NCBI RefSeq assembly: GCF_022539665.2
Contig: NC_081334.1
Location: 1,488,001 to 1,552,000, forward strand
Reading direction: 5' to 3'
Length of the DNA stretch: 64,000 bases
DNA from: Daphnia carinata
Taxonomy: Eukaryota
Part shown: one piece after another, positions 14,004 through 47,961 of the stretch
Numbering within the stretch: the first letter of the stretch is position 1
How the letters are laid out: each line of letters begins with the position of its first letter
Program-made: the position numbers and the translations under genes
The notes under the pieces: generated by a model
Databases searched by the model: none
What the model saw: the letters and a program-made list of their open reading frames with translations, nothing else
What the model was told of the DNA's origin: nothing

Positions 14004-14827
14004 TTTAACGACCGTAATGTTGGTGTTAAATTTACGTGAGCTATGGGCGATGGTTATTTCTATATGCCATTATGTGGTCGCTAAATTTATTTTGAGACAA
14101 ATCCCTGGTTTTTTGTTGGTACCTCTTAATAAATATAGTAATTGACCATCCAATGTACATCCTTTTATATGCAATGTTTAATGTGGGCTTAGCCTTAACC
14201 AATGCACAAGACCAAACTTTATTTTTTTTATGTAGCCGTGCATTACAATAAGAACACACAAAGTGCATTGTCATAGAAAAATCAACTGCACAATTGTCTA
14301 AAGTCAGAGCTAAATGTCGAAGGAATAGATCAACTTAGACTGCAGAGTATTTTAGGTGCCACATATAGAACGAAAATTCCGAATATTAAGTGATGGCTTT
14401 TTGAAACGTTTTCTGCAATATCGCGCAAATGTCAAAAGGCCCAACCTTGTTTATTTTGTCGAATAATGAAAAGAAAAAATTTTATTCTTTGACTAATCAG
14501 GTTTTATCCTTAAGGATGTCTGTGAAATTTTGAACTATACTGCTTGCAGAGGCCCGACTGCCTGAGCCCAGAGGGCACGAAGTTATTAAATACGTTAAAA
14601 AGGCGCCGAGAGAAAAAAAATATAGTTGGCAATATTGCACCAACACAAACAGTTCTGGTGGTGATTCGGTGTCGCGAGTGTTTACGTTAAGGATTATTTA
14701 ATTTTTATATTTCCAAGTTCCAATACAAATACAACAGTGGCTTATTATTAATGTCTCATTTGCTATTCAACGACGAAAAAAACTCCGTTTTGAAATCTTA
14801 ATTCGTTCCAAAAATAACGTGTCCAGC

Positions 14828-15631
<804 letters not shown>

Positions 15632-15875
15632 TGTAAATTCAAGCTTACTCATAAATGTTGTAATAAAACTTGTTTTGGAGTAAGCAAATGTTCTTTATTC
15701 TCTTACCCCGCTATACAAAAACGAAAGTTATACATCACATCATTCAGATTTAGGATTTTTAACGAATCGCGAAAGAGTAAACAAAAACGGAATTTTTAAA
15801 ACTCGCTGAATGAGATAAAGAGGACTTAAACCACTTGAAGAATACACCTTTGAGAGACAGATAATCTAGGATATA

Positions 15876-16915
15876 TTATGAATGATTTAGTTCTTCAAAT
15901 GATGACCCTGAACTTTCGTCACTATCTTCCATGACGCCGTTCATCTGTGACTTCTCAGTTTCCTCTTGTTCATCGTTACAGTGGTTAATCTGGTGAAGAC
16001 TTAATTCTTGTGCCTCCTCTGAATCAGCAGTGTAATTTATGTTAAAAACAGAATAAAGAGAAATAACTGATATTTTACCTTGATTTTCTTCAGCACCTGA
16101 GTGTGTCAATTCTTCTTCTTGGGTCTCTTTAACATAAAATTCATCTTGTTTAGACAAAGGTGACATGAAGATAATTTTGTCATCCTCATAAATTTCTATC
16201 ATTGGATGGGCACACAGTTTACTTTCCTAGGTAATTCAAAATAACAATATAATTTAAGCTTGATTATAACAAACAGGTATAGAAGAGCAATATTACCTTT
16301 ATATATTCAGCTAGCTTAGGGTATACACGTGCTACCCCAATGAAAATTGAAATAGTGCTTTTGAAAGGAAAGGTTGTTAGTACAGCATGATCTACTGCTG
16401 GCAAAACTAATTCCTTGAATCCATATTCAAGACAAGTTGAAAGGTGAGTATTATCAGGTTCAGATTCTCCTTCGGACAGAATTATTCCAACACAGTATCT
16501 CAATTCTGAAGGATTGACCTATAAAAATTTTTGAGTAGGCATTAATTTATCAAAGAATGATACTAGGAGAAAATTATGTTATATTATTGTTATAAGGCTT
16601 TTAGTCTAATGATATGTTACAACTTGATTTCCATTATTTAAATCATTATACCTGTTGTGGGTCATCATAATATATGCCTATGGTTTTCAATTCCGGTATC
16701 AGGCTATGTGCTTCTGTAAACAGATGACCGGCATTCTTATATGGACCTCGGGCAAATTTATACGCAATACGCAGACTGGTAAATGAAGGGCGTTGAGCCC
16801 TGATTTCAATAGGAGCAAACAAGCCAGAATAAACCAAAAAATAACAAACTGAGGAGAAAAAAATAATCAAGAGAAAAATCAGGCAAAAAACGAGATCGTT
16901 TGCTTCAGTTTCCAT
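15876..16915 (-). CDS. TEX264: TEX264 homolog (ER-phagy receptor: N-terminal TM, GyrI-like domain, C-terminal LIR)
   Basis: N-terminal TM followed by YSGLF, IAYKFARGPYKNAGHLFTEA, IGIYYDDP, RYCVGIILSEGE and ARVYPKLAEYIK. The acidic tail contains SSGSSFEEL, the LIR motif characteristic of TEX264. Confidence 0.92.
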
Positions 16916-18516
16916 TTCTTCACAATTAGTGCGTCATAGGAGATTTTGCAGAATTGATAGGATAGAATACGGATCCTTTGCTGGTGGTCGATCACAAAGG
17001 GGTTACTAACAACAGCTGATTTCTTGTTGCAATGAGAATGGCAAACACTCGTGATCAGATTTCAGTTGTGTTTACATATCCATTTCAAGAATTGCTCAAC
17101 AGATGGCTTTGAAGATATTAAACAGAGAAATCCGTGGATCGTTCTTTTGTTTTAGAATCTTTTACTGTTTTAGCTTTCTAGCATTCTTGGGATCCACGTC
17201 TGTAACAATTAATACAGTATGTTTTACGTACATGGATGGCAACAAAACACATTCATCTCTGACTCTAGGCATCAAGTATATCACATGAGGTATACCTCAT
17301 GCTCTCAGCGTCATTTTAGTTTTACGTAGAAAAGTAGTTAAAACAAAAATCTTTACTCGCATAATTTTCTGTTTTGTAGGTTGATTAATGAACTTCCTAC
17401 TGGTTATGGCTGAGAGGTAATTATAAACACTCTCCTAAGACAATTTTTTGTTATCTTAGCATCGAACCGAGTAAAAAGTGAAAAGGTACTAGAATAGCTA
17501 AGTATTAACCCGTAGAACATTATTTTTTCCTTGGATATGTTATGAACCGATTACAAATTACGATATGGTTCTAGTATGCTTGTAGAGTCTTGTTTCAAGG
17601 TCGCTCAATCAACCATTAGCGTGAGAAGCAGCTGTAGAAATATTAACAGTAGACTTCTCAAATGTGGGTGATTCTTTCAAGCATGCGACTAGTGTTGCTG
17701 GCGCATTCGTGGTTAATGGGCGAATGTCGTGTACCTTTATCATTATTTCACCCACAGTTCGGACATCTGAATCTACCTTACACCATTTTAATTTTAAAAC
17801 GATCGAATCACATTCATTAATCACATAAAAAGGTATACCACATCAGCATTTTTTATGCTATTTCTTACCCGTTTTGCTGAGACTAGTATCGTACATGCGA
17901 GATCTCGTCTCCAGATGGTGCTAGTGTGGTGCTACGCACTTTCGAAAAGACCAAGTTGTGTGGGCCTGACGGCTCTTAGTGCTCGGTGCAGTTTTTTTTC
18001 GTGACTCCTGTTTAGTTTGGTTAGGATTGGCTGGCAGTGAACAGTCAGCGGTCGTGAGCTCAAGTCGCAAGTGAACGATCCTGTTTGTTTCAAAGAAATG
18101 TGCAGCCAACAGTTGCCCTGACAAAAGGTAGTGGTTGTTAAGCTTTAATTTCCCGCCTCACGTTCAACAGTTTTGTTTCAACTGACTGCAAGTGAAACCA
18201 TTAATATTCACAGAAACTATATCTGTATGCAATTGTTAAAAAAAAGAAAGAAAAAAATATGAATCCACCTGGTTATATGTGACACTTTTGGTATTCTTAT
18301 TTCATCCTTGTTCATCTAATTTATAACTTTTCTATGTATTCTCCAGATCCTTTCGTATGCAACAATTGGCTCGCTGTGGACCACACACCTGGTAGTGCAG
18401 AAAAAAGGGAAGAATGGTGTAAAGGAGTGAAGTGTCTTGATTGCTACTGACACTGAAGTGACCATTTACAGAGACTGCAGACAATCTAACAGTTATTAGT
18501 GCAACCATTTTCCAAA

Positions 18517-31561
<13,045 letters not shown>

Positions 31562-34500
31562 CTAGATCACAAGCCCTCCTCCCCCCCCCCCAAAAAAAAA
31601 AAAAGATCAAACCAGATAACCAATTTAAGAATCTATTTCGAATTTTTTTTTTTTTTTTCTCCAACCCCTCCTTTAATGATTTTTCCCAGTACTTTGGTAA
31701 TCCAATTACAAAGAAAAAGAAGAAGAAGAAGAAGAAAAAAAAAAAAAAACGAAAACGAAACACACAAAAAATAGTAATAATAAAAAATTTCAAAATAAAA
31801 TTGGGGAAAAAAAATGGTATGATATTTGGGTTATTTGGGTTTGTCTGTTTTTTTTTGGTTTTCTGAATTTTTTTTTTTTTGGCTTTCTTAATTATACAGA
31901 AAGCCATTTGATTAGGGTTTTGTGGTTTTCCCCAGGTTTTTGTTTTTTTTCCCCCTATTTCAATTCGTTTCCCTATTGTCTTCACTTTTTGATCCTTTTG
32001 GTATCGACGTGTTCCAAGTATTGACTCGGTCAATTTTTTCTCCCCAAACTTTCTACATATTTGAACATTTTTGCTCTCTTTTTTCTCGCTCTCTATTGTT
32101 CGCTCTCTATCTCGTTATTTTATTTTTTTTTTGGAATGACTTCTTTACATTGATTCCAGTTCATTTTTGGAAAGGGGGGGGGGATAGATTGTGTTAACGG
32201 GTATATACATATATTATAAAAAAAAATATGCATAGACTGTAAAATGAGTTTGGGATGCCCCCCCCCCCCCCCTCGCTTCGGGAGCCGAGTGAATGACAAG
32301 TGGTAAAGTGTCAAGAAAATGTGCGATAATCGTTAATCAACTAGCCACACATTGTCAAGTGCATTGTGAAGGGAAAGGAAAACAACACAGCGATTTAAAA
32401 AAGAATATCCATTTTATTTCATAAGGTAAATTTTGTTCGTTTCTCCACTACATAAATGAACGTCGAAGACGACGGGACATTTGAAAAATAAACTTTAAAG
32501 AAGACGTTTTAAGATAGAATTACATTTGTGCGTTGACGAGACAGGTGAAGATCACAATTCTTATCTTTGTTTTGAGTCTTTTTTCATGTCTTTCTTCTTG
32601 AAATGCAAACCTTGTCTTTAAAAAACCAAACAGAAATGGCATTTTTTTTTTAATTCCCAACGTTCTTGAATTTTTTGATCAAAACAATCAAAATTTAATC
32701 AAAGGAAAAAAAAAACCTTGGAATTGATGACCAACGTCGTCTATTTCGCCTTCTCGTCGCCTACCCACGCAATTATAATCAGGCCGAGAATAATCGCCCA
32801 TTGGTATGCGCTTTGCGAACCCGGAAAAACATCCAAATCATCATCCCCACCTTCCAAAACACAGATTGGATTCTGTCCTTGATTGATCTCTATGCGCTAA
32901 ACATAATAATCAATCCAAATGCATAGAAAATCTGGGGAAAACCGGGTCGTCCAATCTTATGTGAGAATGCATTTCCCGATCGTCCACTTCATCATTCCTC
33001 CTGTTACGCAAGAGCGTGTAAAACGATCGTCACGTGACTTGGAACTTGTTTTTCTAAAGCTCATTTGTTTTTCCTTCCGCTTTGCAAATGGACATGGCTG
33101 TTTGGCTGCCCACATGCTGTAAGAGCGTTCGTAATGGGTTGCGGTCCTTTCTATTCTTTCATAAGAAAAAAAAAACTTCAAAGTCTTCAGCACTATATAG
33201 CTGTATCGTATCAAATATTCTATTCTATTCGGGAGGTTATGGGCATCGTTCCATCATTGGTATTTTCTTTTTCCATTATCTATCGTCCCTTATTTCTTTT
33301 TGAATAAAGCATTAGTTGTTACATTCAGCCGAAAACGACCTATGTGAGGTTGTTGCCTTTCTGATTGTGTGAGGCGATTGCTTTTTTTCATTTTTATTTT
33401 GTTCACTACACCGTGTATAACCCTGTGTGTGTGTGTGTGTGTGTTTGTCTTCTCTTGTTTTGTTTATGGGCTTGTTCCCGTTCGATGACTCTATTTTGTT
33501 CTTGTTCCATAAAGTATATTACAACACACCAAGAATAGCAGATGAAAAAAAGAACGAATGACTATATCGATTATCGCCCGTTGTTTGACCTTCCTTCAGC
33601 GCTCTCCCAGTTGCATAATGCATACATGTTTCTTTTTTAAATTGATCGCATCATAATAAAGACTTAACAACTATAACGTCTTACGAGCAAACGCGGCAGT
33701 CTTATGCTAAACTGTGGGTCTTTAATTTTCGCATTTCGCAATCGACATTCATCGCATTGCCATCATCGCTCTGTTGCTCATTGATCTAACCCTCCCCCAA
33801 AGAAACAATCGACATGACTCGTTCAGTTTTAATTGCCATCATGCCGTAATAAGTTCGGCCAGTTTGTCATAAAACAAGACGGGGCGAACACATTTCAAAA
33901 GCGGGATTCTGTGCAATACGCGATGTGTTGCGGGACAGGCAGAATAGTTAAAGAGATACATTGACGTCAGAGAGCTAGCGTGTGAGTTCCAATATACGAT
34001 CTTTGCCGTCAACAAAAAAATAAAATAGAAAATACATCCAGAACCACACACACATACATACGATCGACTATAGCAACAATGATGTCTTTGGCCTATTTAT
34101 GTTGTGTATCCAAAGACCTCTCAGTTTTTTGTATTCGGCAGAGTGCTGCTTTTACGTAAAGGGAAGCTCAATAACGGACTCTATAAATGGCCTGTATCAA
34201 AAAAAAAGAAAAAAAAACGTGGCAGGCAGTACGTGAAGATAAGAGAAAGGCCTGACAACTCGCGATAGGCTTTCACGCACGGGGCACGTTCCGCCAACTT
34301 GCATAATCCATGTAGTGGTCAACATCGTGCGTACGTACGAATTTTTAAGCAATCCACAAATGCCAATAGAAAAGGCTTTTGCCTTACACGCGTGTATTTA
34401 TAGATGACGGCAAGTGACGTCTGGAACGTGACTATCTGGAAAAATGAACGGAGCAGGGATTTCTTCTTTCACATTTGGCTGTTTTCTTAATAGGTTTACT

Positions 34501-37500
34501 TTTGGTTTTATTTATTTCCATGGTTTTTTTTTTTTTAATATTTATCAGTTTCAAACACTGTTGAATCCTTTGAAAGTGCATTTCTTTTGAAAGAAGTTGA
34601 GTGGATTGTTGAATCGATATCAGACAGCGTATAGATCAAGATTGAAATGCCAACCAGTGACCGTAAACAGCCGGTGGTCACTGTCTACTAAGAACCAAGC
34701 TCGACGCCAACGTTAAGAGCACCTCGAAATGTATGCAAGAAGTTACAACAACTGGGGATTTAACTTTGAGGAGGCGAGCGTAAGCCACGAAGTGAAATGA
34801 TTGGATTCATTTCATCATCCCAGGCACTTGAAACTTTGCTTTTCAGCATCCGTCTCTGTTCATTATGAAAACTGTGCCTGGTCAAGCCGGACGATGAGTT
34901 GCGCCATTCCTGCACGAAAATTAACATACTCGATCAGGACACGCGTCTAACTTTCCTGCCCTGACATCAATCGTCTTCCGTTGGTAAAACAAGTTTTAAA
35001 CGAGAAAAAAAAAAGAAAAAGTTGAAGACACATGCCATCGAAAAACGAAACCATCGTTTAAACTTTTTTTCTGAAACGTCCCGCCGTGAAACAAGAAGCC
35101 AAGGAAACGGGCGATTTTCAAAATAAAAAAGTTACGACACGCTGTTAATGTTGGCAAGCCACTCTTTCGATATTAGACTTTTTTTTATATCTTTCCGTTT
35201 TGTTTATATAGCCACGGGGAAATCTCAGTAAAACTTGATGGTGTGTATATATACAACTTGACGTAAGAGCTCGCATGAAAAACGGGGCAGACCGTTGGCC
35301 AACAAGTCACGACTCCCTCCTCCCTCCCCAAAAAAAAAATAAAGAAAAAATTGAAATACTTGTTTTGTTTCACGATGTAATACCCCCTCTTTTTTTTTCT
35401 TCTCCTACACTTGATGGATCCTCTGTGCGTGTTGTGCATGCCCGTGATATGGAAAGCTAACTTTTGCGCGCTCGCGTTGGCCGGTCGATCGGTTTGGTCA
35501 CACCAGATGCGGGGAATATACTTTACACACTGGCTGTTTGTGTGTGTGCGGGGGCAGGAGCTAAAAAAGAGTTCGGGGCAGACCTTTGGGGAAATACAAA
35601 ATGCGTGCGTGACTCCGCGGTCAGCCGAATAGGTCACCGTTTCTTTCCCCCCTTCTTATCGCCGAACGTGTTTGTTTGTTTCCAGGTGGCCTGAATTTCA
35701 ACGGGAAAGAAATAAAAAAACAAAGATATTCTTTCTCGCGTGATGACAACTTCCTCGTTAGACTTGGCTGCGTAAATATTCAAATGGACTTCACCGTTAG
35801 TCTTTCATACAACGATAACAGGTTAGACGGCTCTAAACAAAAAGGGGCCTCGTTGATAGACGATGGCTTTCAAAAAAAAAGAGAAGAATAAAAAGAACGG
35901 TGTGTAAGTACACGTAGGGCCTCCTGATATGGATAATAAGCACAGCAGAGCGTACGTGTTGCAGAGACGTCCATTCACGCAGAGTGTTGTGCGTATACCA
36001 GTTAGAGTGGTGAAATGTTTTTCTCTTGAGACCAGAGAAAATGAGAAAAAGGCGGATCGTTTTTGCTAGAAGCAGCCAAGCTTGATGGAAAGCGTGTGTG
36101 TTTTACACCAGGTGTGTTTGTGGCACAACGGAGAGGGTGGAGGGGGGGGATGCTATTGTAAAAAGAAATGTGATACATTTTTCGTGGAACTCGCCACACG
36201 TAATACACACGGGTTTTCGATTCGGGCTCCTCGTATATGGCCAATAATCGACCCAACTTTGATTGATTGGTTCGTGCTGACTATGTTTCCCTTTTTGCTC
36301 GATCATTTCTGGAAAATGATTGTGAAATGTATTAGACGAGATGGTTTACTGCGGATCGCTTTCCTTTAGCTCCAGATGCATAAACAAAATTCTATATGTG
36401 AAAACCCAGCTAAGAGCAAAATCAAAAATAGGTTGCTGTAGTATAAGGTATTGGCAATGATCACGATATCGAGCTAATAAAACAATTTCCGCTTGGAAAA
36501 AAAATATATATATGCATGTGTCTGGAACGAATCCAAAAAAACATCGTTCGATGTAAAAAAAAAAAAAAAAAAACCAGCTGCTGACACAACTAGTTCCCTC
36601 TGCGTTCAGACATTTATTTAGGATCTATATATATATTTTTTTAAAGTCTATATATTTTCAATTTTTGTCTCGGAAATAAATTCAAACGTCAGTCGTGATT
36701 TATGTAGTGCAAATAACCTTTTCCGCGCACACTTCCCAAGTGTTTCATCTCTGCCTACACCAACGGCTGTATATATGCAGGCTACAGTGCCAATGTCAAT
36801 GTTGATTCGACGTTGCGAATTGTGACTCCAATCCATCGGCAAGAGCTTAGCTACAAAAGAGGCTCTTTAGATCTTTCCTTCTTTTTGTAAGTTCATTTCT
36901 TATTACTAACCTCTTTTTACTTGCACTCCCCTCTTTCATCTTTCGTTTCACGTCGCTGCGTCATTCGTTTCCTCCCATTGAATGCTTGTTCTGGTTTTAC
37001 GTCGAGGATCGATCGGTGGCGTCCAGGGGACGAGCGGTTGGCGACAGCAAAGTCCCGCTCACGAAGCAAACCGGAACTCAAGGGACGACACGTCGTCGTC
37101 GTCCGGGGTTTTCTTTCTTTTTCAGTCTTCAAATTGGTACAGTACATTCCCATGGTGACATCCCTTTCATTGAAATGATTTGTTGTTTTGTTTTTTTTTT
37201 TTGTTTTTTTTTTGCTATTACTTCACTCTTTTTAACAATTCTTTTGCTCGCTGACGTGTTATCTTTGATCTTTCGCGATTACATTCGTTTTCTGGACGGT
37301 CGTTACGTCCTTTATTTCTATATGCGTTATCATCTTTTTATGCCTTGTAGCCTTCTTCGTTGTTAATCAATATGTTGCTTCCGATCGATTCTGCGCTGGA
37401 AGACGTCCCGCAGAGAGATAAAACGGCGAGGATAATACAATCATGGGCAAGGAAAAAGTTTTGTTTCTTTATTGGAAGAGAATGACAATCAACTTCTATT

Positions 37501-37918
37501 TCCTTTTGTATATAGCATTCGTTTGTGTGTAATTGTGGTTGCGCGTTAACTTGCAGCGAGCACGGCGAGATAACGAGATAGAGCCAAAGAAAATCCTGAG
37601 AGAGGAAAGCGGGTAGATGGATGAAGAAATGAAATGATGGATAAGTAAATATAAAGCAACGGATGCGGGCTGCGTATCAGATTGACGTGCCACGACGTAT
37701 AGGACTTGTGAAATAATTAGGAAAAGCAGCAACTTTTGAAAGTTTCCAAATTGAATTTCTTTCTTCGGCTGGCAGCAGTTCAATTTGCGGTCGCATTATT
37801 GAAACAGAATTAACTCATTTTCTAGACTAGATGGTCTGCACTTTAAATCGCCATCGTTTAATTTGTATTCGGTGCCCTTTGGCTTTGATTTGTTTTGTTT
37901 TTTATTGACTGGAGATCG

Positions 37919-38851
37919 ATGATCCAATGCTACAGCGCTAGACGCGAGTAATACAAGTCTGTCTTAATAATAAGTGTAAGCTCATCATCAGCGAAGCTAC
38001 AAATCGATTGAATCAAAATGAAGGCCATAAAGCCATCGTACATGATCCAACTACAAAAGAGACGATCAAAGAACTCGAGCTTCCGTCCTATCCGTTCTAT
38101 ATAGACCGGAACGAATTAAAGCTATGCCTGTATATATATATATATATATATATATATGTGGTGGGTTACTGGATGGAGAGAGGGTCCATTAGTGTCATCC
38201 TCGTCTGGGATTTCCCAGGGAAAGAAGAAGCATTTCGTATAGCCAGATGAGTACATAAAAGCTTCATCCTCGACATACTATAGCCGTATAAGAGTGTATA
38301 ATGGCATAGTTGTTTAATAAGTCTACACAGCAGTTGGGGCGAAGCACTCCCATCAAGTAGAATAAATCATCATGATAATCAAGACATAAAAAATGATGTA
38401 AGTGCCTCTTTTTTTTTTTTGCTCAACATTGTTCATCACTTGAATAAGTTGACCTTAAGCTCTTCAATTTTAAATTTTTACCTTTTCTGCTTTTTTTTAG
38501 GATCATCATAACAATATCCTGGATTTAATAAAAAATACAGCCTACAAATATAATCCTGCAAATGCGCGAAGCGTTTTTACTATTACAAGGAACGATGGAG
38601 GTAGGTTGTTTTTTTTCTGTTGCGTGTCTTTAGAATCTTTGCGCTCTCTTAAAAGGACAATGTAAACAGCAAGTGACATACAAGGAGTCGTGAGTGGGAG
38701 ATAATGGGTAGTAAGAGCATTTTTGTTTTCATTGCTTCCCTATTTTTCTTGTGTCACCGTTGATGTTTTCGCTTCAATCAACAACCAAGCTAAAAACTAT
38801 ACATTTGAACTGGAGGGCTTCGAAAATGTTGCCAGACATAATTACTATTGA
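37919..38851 (+). CDS. Candidate small orphan protein gene, 4 exons (37919-37947, 38331-38397, 38501-38600, 38790-38851), 85 aa
   Basis: Three GT-AG introns join in consistent phases (2, 0, 1) without stops: MIQCYSARRDSWGEALPSSRINHHDNQDIKNDDHHNNILDLIKNTAYKYNPANARSVFTITRNDGAKNYTFELEGFENVARHNYY*. No family recognised. Confidence 0.4.
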
Positions 38852-41586
38852 CTTTTGAAGTAAACAAAACGCCCCAACGAAGAATAATTCAGTCAGCGCC
38901 ATTGAGTTCAACTGGCAATTGGCTGAAAGCTGGTTCCTAGAAGACAGGGTTTCCTTTAAAGCCTTTCGCCATTTCTCTTCGCACGACTAAATAGAACTGA
39001 TGACATAAGTCCTATATCTAAATACCACGTATCCCAAGCCCTTGCCGATAGGCAGGGTGCAACTCCGCCGTCGGAAGTTACACAGATTGAACGGCTTATA
39101 CATAAACACGTATCTCATCAGTCCCGTCGGACCGTTCCACGGCTTGATAGCTTCGCTCCCTGCCGCCCTTTTTTTGTGGAACACATTCATTTCCCTGTAA
39201 AAGGAGCAAATATAAAGAAAACTAGAAGAATAGGAAAGAGTTACGCTAGATATGGCAGCACTATCGTTTTATTTTTTAGAGTTTCTTTTTTATTGAAACA
39301 AGACGCGTGCCAGACAAAACAAGGACGTATGTAAATTTCTAGACACACAGAAATTGCGTTGGTGAAATTGAATGAGTTGGTTCCGTCAGCGACGCGATAA
39401 CAAACGCGAGCCTCCATCGTCGAAACGACTTTCATGGTTTTTAAACGGCCAAGGAACTCATTAGAAGTTGATGAAGAAAGAAGAGACCTACGTCAACGTC
39501 GGAGTTGGATACGAAAAAGGTAATAAAGAAGAATTGGAAGAGAAATGCGGATTGAAACGATGGCGATTCACCCGTTGTTAGCCGAGTGTTTGGTCTCTCT
39601 GCCACTCGAAAGAACGGCATCCAAAGTTGAAGATTATTGACGCAGTAGAAACTGATGGATGCGTCGCTTTATTCGCCCTGTTACGTGCGCCACGAGTATG
39701 GTTGCACACGTGGAGCGTAGTGCTCGCCCTTTGCCTCTTTTCTTGTAGCTCTTTATCGAATCGATAGACGACATGAAAGGGCACTAGGACGCTGAGCTTG
39801 GCATCAGACTGTAGTAGGTCGAATCAATTGACTGTCCTTCACTAACGTTGAATAGAGCGCGCAGAGAGGCCATCCACTTCGCAGCTATCCAAGAGGTTCA
39901 TAGAGGGAGTCTAGTCGGTTTTTACATCTAGTCTCTTCATTCATATGCTTTTTCAATTGCCTGGAAGAATACAGGCGTCTGCCATTCTCGTTCGTTTCCA
40001 TCCATTTCGCTATTTTGTATCTTTAGGGAAATTAATTTTTTGTCTTTTTTGTGCTTGCCGATAGATGGCAGTATGATCAGCGGGATCCAAAACCATCGCA
40101 AGGCTCCGGCAACGAACTCCGTTAGATCGACCTTTAATTTTTTAATGCTCTGACCAGAACTATTACTGGAATTTATGAAGAAAAAAGACAACAAAAACAA
40201 GCCCATTTAAGGGCAAAGCCTATGGGCTATACATGGGCAAATACATCGGAGCCCAACAACTAACAAAACAAGAACCCGCGCGGCTCAACAGGAAAAAATA
40301 AAAGACAATTGCAGGAGAGATTGATAATTTACAGAAAAAATTATGTAAAAAGAGCAAGGTTACGCTTTAAAGATATGAGTGTATTGAGCGGCCTTTTAGA
40401 TGGCGCAGTTTAGCATTTTGTCATTGTTTGGGGAACTGACCGAAAGAGGAGATGTAAGAGGCTGCATGGCCCTAATCAAATGGAAGTCAGTCTCCCTTAG
40501 CAACAAGATCAAGTTGACAAGGCAACGCAGCATATTTCCATACTCAGGCTGACAGCTCGTAGTCTGCCTAGCTGCATAATTGGTAATCTTTCGAGTCAGG
40601 TTTCTATTACCTGGTAAAGAAAACTCTAATGGAATGCTAACCAATTGTACGGTACGGTAACTAAATACTATAGTCGAATGATTGTTTGTTTCCCTGCTAC
40701 TCTTGAGAGTAGATATACATGAGTTTCCTGTTTTCCTTGCTTACAGAAAGATGCACTCAGGCTCTTTCAGTTGTTTGTTTGGCCATACTAGCGAAATGTG
40801 AGTCGAGCCCGTCCCTCGAGTTCGATAAGACGTTTCGAGGCCATTTTTGTGTTTTTTGTTTTCCAGTTCGATAATCGTACGAGCAGCGCTGTTTTTCCCG
40901 TTTGCGATTACGAATTTATTACAGTCAACGTAGTGTTACGTCCTTTATTTCCAATTAAAATTGGTCCCAATAACAAGGGTGAAACTCTTAGTTGATTTTG
41001 CAAAATTAATTGATCGATGCAACTTCAAAGTTTCATCGATTTTGAGGCTTTGATTAGTTGGTGTGAGAAAAAAGCAGTTGATGTTTGTTGAATGTAGGTC
41101 ACGCAAGAGGGCCAACCACGCTGTAACATTTTTGTCCGATTTTTCGTTTGTATTTATTTTAGTTCATAAACATACTAACATGTATATTTTTGTTTTCTTT
41201 TTTAAAGAAAATTCCCATCCACCCATCTTCGTCTCTGGTCTCCCACTTAGGAGGTTTTGTAGGGACTAAGAAAGGCGGCCCCCCAAGAATAGAAATCGCT
41301 CCGGGATAAAACTAGCGATTTTCTTAGGACTCTGTGAGTGTCAAACGAAACGTGGAACCTTGGACCTCCTTTGCTTTCGGCTTGCCCAACAGTCGGGACT
41401 TGGCACACTGTTCAGCTGACGCCTTTAATTCCCTGTATCCCGTTCATTCGTCGATCAACTGCTGTGGCCGTTTGAGTGAAATCATCGTCTATCAGACGCC
41501 AACGTTCGTCGGCCAAAGCAGACAGTGTACACAAGTTCATCAAAACAACACGAAAAGAAAAACAAAGTGCGCCAACTACATTCGCA

Positions 41587-47262
<5,676 letters not shown>

Positions 47263-47961
47263 GTATCCAGATACTTTCGAGTTGTCGTGTCGTTTACACT
47301 TTTGAGGTTTCTTTTTTTGGCGAAATCTCAATATGTCCTAGCTGCACCACCGATAGTTCAAAATTTAAACTCTGGTGTTGGGGATCAGTTACATTAGATA
47401 TGATATACAGTATATCCAGTTTATTTGATAACAATGTCTCTGTCACCTCCTGTGCGGTAGACTAGCAAAGTGGACCAACTTTCAAAGTATGGGCTTAAGG
47501 AGCTTTTGGTAATAAACAGTATCAATTAACTCTACCAAACGATTTGCTTTCGGTTTTCGTTTACCGGTGACGAGAAGCAAAATACGTTCTGTGTGTCGTC
47601 GAATTGTACAATTCCATAAGAAATTGCTGGGAAACACTGCCCCCAGCAAGGCAAAATGGAGAGAGGCGAAAACAGCTCACTTTTAAACAATGAAACTTCA
47701 AATGTTCGCCCAGTCGTTCACCTTTTTGTAAGTAGAATAGCACTACCGCAATTGCCAGAGCTCCACTACGTGATTTTCCATGTTTTACAGTTTCCACATC
47801 AAATTTCCTCGCTTTAGCGGTGTCTTTGACATTTTTCGCCCATTTCATGTTTTAACTACCGCCATGCTACAAATGTTATTTGTTTACCTGTGAAGCATAT
47901 GCGTTTATTCAGTGTTCAAAACATCAACTTGTCTTTCAGCGATCGTTATTGATTCTTAAAA

